Shown here one piece after another: positions 26,001-37,447 of a DNA stretch of 64,000 bases. This stretch comes from Owenia fusiformis (lineage: Eukaryota), in contig CAIIXF020000001.1 of assembly GCA_903813345.2 (NCBI GenBank), positions 4,154,001-4,218,000 on the forward strand. The letters run 5' to 3'. The notes beneath the pieces are model-generated. The model worked only from the letters and a program-made list of their open reading frames with translations, had not been told where the DNA came from and ran no database searches. Every line of letters begins with the position of its first letter. Within the stretch, counting starts at the first letter, position 1. Both the position numbers and the translations under genes were made by a program.

Positions 26001-29000
26001 AGTAATGTGTGCTGTAGAAAACAGAACAATAGCAACTATATCCTTTATGTTATGAAATAGTCTTATAGTACCCCCTGAATTCGCAGGAATTGAAGTCCAA
26101 TTTGGCCGTGAAAATTGTTTTTACCACTTTAAAGGCCATCACCTTATATTTTCTTACACCTACTAGGTTACTCTAACATACTGCATTGCCAAAAGTTACT
26201 TCTTGCAAACTTCCGGCAAAACTGTGCCAGCATCTGATACAAATAAAAAATCAAAAAATAAAAAAAAATCATTAAATAATTAGACTCAACAAGATTTCAA
26301 AGCTACATTGCAAAACCTCTATTACTGATCATGACTGCCAATTATAATTATATTATATTATATAAGGGCTATGTACTGGGAGGTTTTGGATATGGGGTTT
26401 ATCCAGGAGTTGATGTGCATATCTCACAAGGGATAAACCCCATATTCAAACCCACTGTACATAACTGCTTTATCCTTTACCCAGTTTTCTCATTTTTTTC
26501 AATTTTTATTTTTGTCAATTTTTTTCAAAATTTTTATTCAAATTTGTGGGAAGATATGCCCTGAAGCGGGAGATGTGGAGGTTCTTGATTTTGAAACTTA
26601 AAAATCAGGATATGGGATATATCTTACCATCTTATCTCCCTAAAACTCTACTGGGCATAAATTATATTATATTATATAATATTATATATTATATTATATC
26701 ATAGAGAAGGTTCTAGAAGAAATAAAAACTCTGCCAATTTTCAAATTGACCCATGGCTTCAAAATTATCCAGTAGAGCTTATTGTAGTGTAATTATAGTT
26801 CATATATAATTTTTATTGATATATTGTATCATTTTATGATTACATAAGTAATAACTAGTCACTGAAAGACTAAAATGACATCTACAGGGGAATATACATG
26901 TGCTACATTTCATATGCATATTAAAAGCACAAGGGAGGCAAAATATTTTAAGGTGTGATATACAGAGTATGCTAACTTTTTCTTAATTGTTTAATGAGTG
27001 ACAAATACCAAAATGATATTACTATAGTATGATATTATCACTTGAAGTTATACTTATTTGGAAAATAAATCATCACTCAAATCAGAACAAATTAACTGTA
27101 TGTTGATGTTAATGATGTTGATAATAAGAACTGGAGTGATTTTGTAAATATTTTTTATTGGAAGCATGTCATTGTCTAAATGACAATTTGTGGCATTTGT
27201 CCAAAAGGGCAGTAGTTCTGAATGATAAGTATTTTGGAAAAGCGTTACCATAAATACAGCCAAGTATGAATTATTTTCTGACAATTTGTCAAGTTTTGTG
27301 GCTTTTTGAGATATCATGGCTAGTACTCTTATTTGCGTACTGCTTAACAGGCAGTAAAAGGCAAGCAGATCACAGATGACCTATTTTTGATAAATAATAT
27401 TGAAATGATCTATTTTTTAAAAAAGTGGGTTCAATTTTAGGTTGCCCATTGCAGGATCAATAAAAAACACAATGACAAATATTATACCATAGCTGATCCA
27501 TTGAATGAAGCCTCTACCAAAAAAATGAAGTCAGTTCCTTAAATGTTCAAGAAATTACATTTGATACCCTGTATATTCAAAATGTTCAGTTTGCTCATGT
27601 TAAGAAAGCATTGGTATGAAGCATAATGTTTGATTTTAGCATCTATTTCGTGCAAACAGCACAAGTTAATTCAAACCCTTCTCGATAATTTGGACAAGGT
27701 AATGAGTAAACACACATAGATTCAGTCACATATAATCTTCCTCCACCCTTGTTCCTTCTTGCTTTATCTGCCTCTGGTGCTTCATCCACACATATGAACT
27801 CAGCTTTCTGATTGGTGATATGTTCAGTCATAATATAGCCATTGTACTCCTTGGTCCAGGTGTCTGGACATGATTTATATGCAGGAATCATGAACTGACT
27901 TACCCGCTGTGGCACCCTACACACTGTACATACAGCCTCACGGTCATGTAGCCATGAAGCTGGTTCAGTTGGATCGGGAAAATTGTCTGTAAGAAATGGG
28001 TTGTTGGCTTGCAAGCGATACAGAACTCCATGAATATGGGCAGATGACTGTATATCCGACATGGTTTTCCCCCACTCTGGATCCCTAGGAAGGCACAGAT
28101 AGTTGGCACCACCACCTGTTTGATCAAACCAGGTTTTGCCCATAATACCTGGAAAATCAAAGATTATGTTTTTTCCAAAAATGGTGGCCATTTTGAAACT
28201 CAGTGCCCATCTTGAAAATCTCTTCTTGAGCAAGGCTCCTTTGTTTGACATCCCAAGTTCTTATCAATGCATTTTGAAACAAATAATTTAATGTATCAAT
28301 TTTGTAATTGTAATTAATGTCCATGTTTTAATCTCACCTGAATAGACTTGTTCTACGTTATTTGGGCAGACAGTTCTTCCCCATCTCACATACATGGCAC
28401 CTCCAGTGGGATTGCCTGAACTAGAGGTACCACTACTTGAGCTATTACTAGAGCACTGCTCTTTCTGGTGCAATCCTATCAAATAGCTAATATCTTCAAC
28501 TGATAATCCGTGTGCACTTATCCCCTGGAAATATACGTACGTATGTACTCCACAACAATCAACCATCATTTCTCAGTGATAAATGTTACTGAAAAAATAA
28601 AGTTGAAATTAAATAATGCTGCAATTTGTAATAAATGTAAAGGCTTACATCTCTTCCATTTTTCCCTCGACTACCATCTCTACCTGCTGGTCCGGGTGGA
28701 CCAGGTGGTCCAGGTGGACCTTGTTGCCCAGGCATACCATCTCTTCCATCACGTCCATAGATATTGCCACCTTGAAAACGAGCACACTAATGCCTTGGTC
28801 ACATTTGCTCCGATTGAATAATGGCCACCATATTTACAGTATTATTATTTTACTTTAAGCCATGTTCTGGTGTGTATTAAAAGCCTAAACAATCATTCTA
28901 TTATTTTTATACTATTAGTACATGTTTAACTTAAATAGTAAAAGAAAATATTTTCAGACATTCTAATCATTTTAAGAGAGATTTTATTTGGTGCGAAATC

Positions 29001-32000
29001 TGTATTTTTCTCTTATTGATTTTAGTGGTAAAAGGTTATACTAACTTGCAGATGTACTGCCAGCTCGACGTTTACCACGATCTAAATTAATAAAGTCATC
29101 CTGCTTTTCTTTTCTTTCATAAGTATAACTCCACTGCTATAAGGCAAACAAAAAATATGTATGTAATATTTCAACTCAAACAAGTTTATAGGACAGAGTA
29201 TGTTCTAATATTAAAGGCCAATGCAAATGCAACACTGAGAAAAGGCATCTAATATAAAATATTTATAATAAGATAATGGAGTTCTATGCAAAGAAGAAAC
29301 ATAAAATTGTATAAGTTATTTCTTGGTCTGAAAAAAAATATTTTCAAAATTGCCGCCAGTATTGAAAACAAAGGCAATTATTAAGCTTGCACAATTTTCT
29401 TTTGAAATAGATAAATATTCAATGATTAATAAAAAAAAATATAAAAAGTTTAAATAATACACATAACACATGGGGTTAATTCTTACATGATATAAGCTAT
29501 TATATACATACCTGATGTTCCAGGGTTTCAATCCGAGTCTTAAGTGCTGCTATTTCATCTTCTTCTCTTTGTACTTTCACCTGGACATTCAGTAATTCAT
29601 CCTTCACGTTAAGTAACTCATTGTAAAAGGTAATAGAGCATGCAAGAGACCCAACAGCTAGGCATATTGTAAATATCATCACAATTGACTGCATGCACAT
29701 TTTATCATTATTCTCCATTTTCATTTTATTTTCCTAGTTCTGAACTTAAAAAATCCTTTAAGCTTCCTCTCTTTTTCAAAGTTATGATTTTGTAATATGA
29801 TATGCTGATATTTTGTAATTCTAGAGAAACATCATTTAAAGATTCTTGGAACATTAAAATGAAATAATTTTTAGAATTTATGTTTCTTTTAGTAAAGGAT
29901 GAACTTCTCAGTTTTTATTATCCTGTTTGTTTTCTTAGAACATGGTTATTTATCAAAACATTTTTCTGTTAATACAAGTTCAGGGTTATAACAAAAAGGC
30001 TTTTTGTGGTAAACATGTTGACATTTTGAACAATAAAATACAATAAAAGTAAAACTTGTTAATAATTAATAAAAATTTAAGAACCTTTTTCACTTTGCAC
30101 CTATTTATGAGGATCCCAGCTGTGGCATAATGGTTGAGAAATGGGGATCGAAACCAGCCATAGTTTTTTCCTGATGACCATTTTGAAAGATTGTATATTA
30201 TGGATTATAGTGTCAGCTTTGGGGATGAATTTGACTTTTTGTAATAACTTCAATATGAATGAAATGTCCCTTGGTGTTATGGTCTCAGATTGTGATATTG
30301 ATACTTGAATGGTGGGGGAGGGGGGTATTAGACACCTTTTCTTTTCACGATGGATCGTGATTTGGGATTATCTGGGTTTCCCTTATGACTGGTATACTCT
30401 CGGATGTTCTCATTTTCTTGCTGTGTTCTGTAACCATTTTTAATGGTACTTTCCCGTTGGCACTTGGCACTGTTTAATATTGTATTCATGATCTGTGTTT
30501 TTGTATAAGGTTCTTGTACTTTGTTCAAACTCTCTGGGTTGCAATGGTATGGATGGTTAATAGCCCTTGGAAGGTTATACAAAATAAAACAAAGAATTCT
30601 AGGCGTTGTATGATTCAGAGATAATGATGTCAGAGATATACCAATTGCAACTCCAGTACTTTTTGATACTTTTAAAAAGCTTGGTGAAGCACCGGCTTAT
30701 GACTTCTTTGATTATGAAGCTTTAAAAGAAATGAAAACCTTTATATTAGAATATAATTCGTATCATCCATATACACATGAATAAGAAGTTAGCAATCACC
30801 TACTTAACCATGTTATACATGAAAAAGAAGTGATTAATGCTTTGAATAAGATTAATGCAAACAAGTCACCAGGTATAGATGGCCTACCTTCTAATATTAT
30901 CAAAAATTGTAAGGACCTAGCTTTAGATTTTACTGCACTTTTTAACTTTATATTTGATAAAGGAGACTATCCCGATGAATGGAGTATCGGTATGCTTTCC
31001 ACTCTTTATAAACAAGGATCGCGTTTCAATCCAGATAATTATAGGGGAATAAATGTTCTTGCTTGCCTAGGTAATGTTTTTGACACAATCATCCAAACAA
31101 GACTTGTCTTTAATGCTGAAATGCTTAATATACAGGATCTTTTACAAGGGGCCTACAAATCTGGGCATCGTACAACAGACAATTTGTTTATTTTAAATAC
31201 AAGCATTTCACATTTTAAGAGGCAGAAAAAGCCTTTATTTTGTATAATGATAGATTTTAGGAAGGCATTTGATTATGTCAACCGGACAGCACTTCTTTAT
31301 AAATTATGTAAGTCAGGTATTCAACCGAGTTCAAAAATGTTTAAGATTATTGATAGCATGTACCAAAAATCAAAATCTTGCCTCAAACTTAAAGATGGCA
31401 TCACGCCAACCTATAAGACTGAAATTGGTGTCATGCAGGGCTCTGTACTCAGTACATACCTTTTCAACCATTTTTTGGATGACTTGAAAGATTATCTTCC
31501 ATCTGAATATGGTGTAGAGTTTGAAGGTGTTTCTCTTAATCACTTAATCTGGGCAGATGACTTAATATTAATAGCTAACTCTACAACTGGTGCTCAATCA
31601 ATGCTAGACTCTCTCTTTGATTTTTGTCGAAAATATCATCTTGTTGTCAACACTGTTAAAACAAAAGCTATTAGTTTTAACTCTAAATCAGAGGAAACTT
31701 TTAAATTCAATAACGAAGTGATTGAATGTGTTGAAGATTACAAATATATAGGGTGTATTTTTAACAGGAAAAGTAATTTTGATAAGCAAATAAGCTATCT
31801 TAAAGAAAAATCCAGAAAAGCTCTATTTAAAATAAAGCAACAACACCATAAGTTTAATGACATTCCTATATCCGTTGCATTACATTTATTTGATTCACTT
31901 GTCCAACCAATTCTGATGTATGGTTCAGAAATATGGACAAGTAAAAAACATATTAAGACAATTGAAACTATCCATCTTTCTTTTTTAAAAAACATTCTTG

Positions 32001-35000
32001 GTGTAAAAACATCAACTGCAACACTAGCAGTTTATGGGGAGCTGGGTCGGTTCCCTTTGAGTCTATGTTTTGATATTCAACTTATTAAATATTGGATAAG
32101 GCTTATAAAATTATGTCCAGACAACATCCTTTATAAATCATATCTTTATGATTATGAAATGCACAGTTTGGGTTTTAAAAATACATGGTCTAGTAAAGTT
32201 TATAACATTTTAAAAGATTGCAATCTTCTTCTTAACTGGAATGAACAAATTGTTGAAGATGATTTCACATTTATAAATGTTTTAACTAAGACATTGCACC
32301 AAAATTATAAGGACAAATGGAAGTGTGATTTACAATTATATCCAGTTCTGAGAACATATGTTAAATTTAAGACAACTTTTGAATTGGAGCAATATTTAAG
32401 CCTTCAGAACAAAAATCATAGGCAGACCTTTACCCGATTAAGGTTAAGTTCTCATAAACTTCAAATAGAGCTGGGTAGACATGTGAAACCACGGCCAAAA
32501 CCTGAACATGAAAGAATGTGTAATGTTTGTGGAGAAATAGACAATGAAATTCATTTCATGATAAATTGCCAAATACATCAAGAAAATAGAAAAGTATTGT
32601 TCGAGAACATCAACAGCAAAATTAAATTTGATGAATGCCATCCTGAAAATGCATTCATAATGTTAATGTCCTCAAAAGATAAATATGTCCAAAAGCAAGT
32701 TGGCATTTTTATAAATAAAGCATTCAAGGTCATTGAACTTGTCTGAAGAACATTCTGGATGCATCACACTGCTTTAAGTATTATGTATAGTTCAATACAT
32801 GTTAATAACATGTTTTTGTATATACTATATTTGTATAATAGTAGTGTAGTGTAGTGTAGTATAATGTAGTGTAGTATAGTTAGGTTTTATTTTGTAATGA
32901 CTAATATGTCATACCATGACATTCTAAGAGTCAATAAAAGATATATATATATTAAAATGATGTTGTATAAATAAAAATGGATAACTCAGTGGTGAATATA
33001 ATGGTAAATTCCTTGTTGGGTGTGATGTTCGGGTAGGCCAATATATGCCAAATTCATTAAAATGATCACCTAATCACGGGGTACCATCGAATAATTTTGG
33101 CAACGTACCGGAGAACGACATTTTACTAAGAAATGGCAATAATTTAGCACAATATATTTTTTAACTAGAGTTCTACTTTGATTTTGACAAAAGTAAGTAT
33201 TCCATGCAATGGCTATTTCATTCATGAGTTTGTAGGAATTCTGTTGGAACCCAGTTCTGATCAAGTACGAAGTTATTGAAATCGGCGCAGACGGACTTTA
33301 CTCCGAAAGATGGTTTTTCGATTATAACTTTTTACAACATTTAAGTATAGAATTTTGAAAAAAGTACAGAATAGTCCTTATACTATTGAATAATTCTGTT
33401 ATTTCTGATTCACACGACTCTGATTTGTTTAATTAAAAAAAAGTTTTAAAAATATTACTTAGGAACGTAACCGGAGCAGATCAGTTGAATTATATAATTT
33501 AAAAAAATAAAATATATGATTTAAAGCATATATTTTAATAAATACGCATTCAAACAATCCTGTATGTTTTTAAATTAGTATATGTGCTTTAAATCATATA
33601 TTTTAATTTTTTTGATTAAATAATTCAACTGATCTGCTCCGGTTACGTTCCCAGCTCCGGTTACGTTCCTTAGTAATATTTTTAAAAATTTTTTTTTAAT
33701 TAAACAAATCAGAGTCGTGTGAATCAGATATAACAGAATTATTCAAAAGTATAAGGACTATTCTGTACTTTTTTCAAAAGTCTATACTTAAATGTTGTGA
33801 AAAGTTATAATCGAAAAACCATCTTTCGGAGTAAAGTCCGTCTGCGCCGATTTCAATAACTTCGTACTTGATCAGAACTGGGTTCCAACAGAATTCCTAC
33901 AAACTCATGAATGAAATAGTTATTGCATGGAATACTTACTTTTGTCAAAATCAAAATAGAACTCTAGTTAAAAAATATATTGTGCTAAATTATTGCCATT
34001 TCTTAGTAAAATGTCGTTCTCCGGTACGTTGCCAAAATTATTCGATGGTACCCCGTGCTAATGTATAAATGAAAATTGTATTTCTAAAGTACTTCGAGTA
34101 GAAAACTGCATACAGAATTCAAATATGTTATCAAAGAGAACAATTTGGTCATCAATGGTTAAACATTCAAAAATATCATTAAATAATTAGACTCAACAAG
34201 ATTTCAAAGCTACATTGCAAAACCTCTATTACTGATCATGACTGCCAACAATTACCTTGTTTATGGCTGTTATATGTTACATAAATTGTCAATATTAATT
34301 ATATTATATTATATAAGGGCTATTGTACTGGGAGGTTTTGGATATGGGGTTTATCCAGGAGTAGATGTGCATATCTCACGAGGGATAAACCCCATATTCA
34401 AACCCACTGTACATAACTGCTTTATCCTTTACCCAGTTTTCTCATTTTTTCAATTTTTATTTTTGTCAATTTTTTTCATTTTTTTCAAAAATTTTTATTC
34501 AAATTTGTGGGAAGATATGCCCTGAAGCAGGAGATGTGGAGGTTCTTGATTTTGAAACCTAAAAATCAGGATATGGGATATATCTTACCCTCTTATCTCC
34601 CTAAAACTCTACTGGGCATAAATTATATTATATTATATAATATTATATATTGTATTATATCATAGAGAAGGTTCTAGAAGAAATAAAAGCTCTGCCAATT
34701 TTCAAATTGACCCATGGCTTCAAAATTATCCAGTAGAGCTTATTGTAGTGTAATTATAGTTCATATATCACTTTTATTGATATATTGTATCATTTCATGA
34801 TTACATAAGTAATAACTAGTCACTGAAAGACTAAAATGACATCTACAGGGGAATATGCATGTGCTACATTTCATATGCATATTAAAAGCACAAGGGAGGC
34901 AAAATATTTTAAGGTGTGATATACAGAGTATGCTGACTTTTTCTTAATTGTTAAATGAGTGACAAATACCAAAATGATATTATTATAGTATGATATTATC

Positions 35001-37410
35001 ACTTGAAGTTATACTTATTTGGAAAATAAATCATCACTCAAATCAGAACAAATTAACTGTATGTTGATGTTTATGATGTTGATAATAAGAACTGGAGTGA
35101 TTTCGTAGATATTTTTTATTGGAAGCATGTCATATTGTCTAAATGACAATTTGTGGCATTTGTCCAAAAGGGCAGTACCATAGCTGATCCATTGAATGAA
35201 GCCTCTACCAAAAAAATGAAGTCATTTGCTTAAATGTTCAAGAAATTACATTTGATACCCTGTATATTCAAAATGTTCAGTTTGCTCATGTTAAGAAAGC
35301 ATTGGTATGAAGCATAATGTTTGATTTTAAAGGAAGGAGAACAATTAATGCATACATTGGTGTGTCATCTACTGTGAATAACCCGTCAAATCCATTAACT
35401 GCATCAAGGCTATATTGGACAATATGTGTCCCTACAATAACATATGGAATGGAACTATTACCCTTAAGAGAGTCTGATTTAAAGTGTATTGAAAATGGTC
35501 ATAGAGGTATTGCTAGGAAAATTCAAGGGATTCCAAAACATGCAAGTAACGCAGCATCAACATCTATGTTGGGCTGGCACTCCCTTACCTCCAAAATAGT
35601 CATCAATAAACTAATGCTCTTATGGCAACTAATATCTCTGCCATTTTCAAGCATCTTTAAAAGGGTAGCTGTATTACGTATTATCCATGCATCCTATGAG
35701 AGCCTAAATAGCTTCTCACCAATAGGAAACTGCATCCAGATAGCAGAGGCATATAACCTTGAAAGCTATATATATAGAATGATGTCTCATGAATTTGAAT
35801 TATCTAAAGTAAAATGGAAAAATATTGTTAAAAACAAAGTGCACCAAATTGAAATACGAAAATGGCAAATGGAATGCATACTTTCAAAAAAACTTTATAT
35901 GTTTAGAATTGTATCCCCAATTTTTAAACCCATTATATGGTGGCATATTGCAAAATCAGACCCAAGAGTCTTAAAGTGTTGCAGAACTGTAATTAAATTG
36001 GTTATTGGTGAGGGAAATATTATGGTAAATGTTAACAAATGGACAAATGGTAGGACTTCGAATGTATGTAAAGTATGTAAGCTAGAACCTGAAACTCTGA
36101 GTCATATGATCCTTAGATGCCCTGGCCATTATGAGGAAAGGGATGCAATCCTAAGGATTCTTAAATCTGTTGTTAATACAACACAGGATATCCCTAATGA
36201 TACCATTTTGGGCTGGATATTTGGAGCCTGTGATGTATTTAATATACAGCAGTATAAAGAAATATCTGTATATATTCATAAAATTTACATAAATAGACCA
36301 GACCCTTGGCCTGGCATCACATAATACCATATTGTATATATGTTTACCAATGTACATGTATCACTGTATATATGTTAATTTATCTATTATAAATTTTATA
36401 TAAAAAATTAATGTATAACACATCAGAAATGGTGGATAAAATAAACAAATAAAAAAATAAAAAACATCTATTTCGTGCAAACAGCACAAGTTAATTCAAA
36501 CCCATCTTGATAATTTGGACAAGGTAATGAGTAACCACATATAGATTCAGTCACATATAATCTTCCTCCATCCTTGTTCCTTCTTGCTATATCTGCCTCT
36601 GGTGCTTCATCCACACATATGAACTCAGCTTTCTGATTGTCGACATGTTCAGTCATTATATAGCCATTGTACTCCTTGGTCCAGGTGTCTGGACATGATT
36701 TATGGGCAGGAATCATAACCTGACTAGCCCGCTGTGGCACCCGACATACTGCGCATACTGCATCATGGTCATGTAGCCAAGAAGCTGGTTGAGCCGGAAC
36801 AGGAAAATTGTCTGTAAGAAATGGGTTGTTGGCTTGCAAGTGATACTCAACTCCATGAATATGGGCATTTGATTGTCTACCAGACATGGTCTTTCCCCAC
36901 TCAGGATCCCTAGGCAGGCATAGATAGTTGGCACCTCCACCTGTGCTAGCATGCCAGGTTTTACCCATAATACCTAGAAAATGAAACAAATAAGATTGTT
37001 TTCATTGTACTGTACATGCACTTGTATTTTCGTTTGTCACAATATTTTCACAATTTAACTTATTATGGACAAATGAGTATTATGTCACCACTAAAAAGTG
37101 GTGACATATTGTTATGGTCTCCATTTTTTGTGACGGCGGTTGGTGATCAGCTGTCGGCAGTTGGCGTCTGTAAAAGGGCCTTTTTCAACTTGCTTCAAAT
37201 TGACCAATTTTTTTCAAAATTGACTTCAAGTTGTCAGAAATTCAAATCTGACTTAAGTTTGAACTCATAATATTGTGAGCAACTAGATGGTGACACTTTG
37301 TCATGTTAATGCCTTGTGCATACTAGTCCTTGCACTACTGTTAATACTGTTAACTTTATTGACATATTTATCCCAACGAATGAAGTTCGGTAGGGATATA
37401 GTGAAGCCCT

Positions 37411-37447
<37 letters not shown>

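Larger units (their letters stand above)
19751..26267 (+). mobile_element. 5'-truncated L1/Tx1-clade LINE (coding 19751-21643; poly-A tail 26242-26267) interrupted in its 3' UTR by a foldback element
   Basis: Motifs [31 protein letters not shown] and a C-terminal C..E...H.LLDC, with a frameshift and a stop. A 15 bp TSD atcattaaataatta lies at 19736-19750 and 26268-26282; it is single-copy in the sister unit near 34175. Confidence 0.92.

Noticed and set aside
33070-34068. Twin ORFs MIRTGFQQ... on opposite strands as a duplicated gene pair
   Set aside because: They are a by-product of the palindromic transposon arms and show no recognisable protein features.
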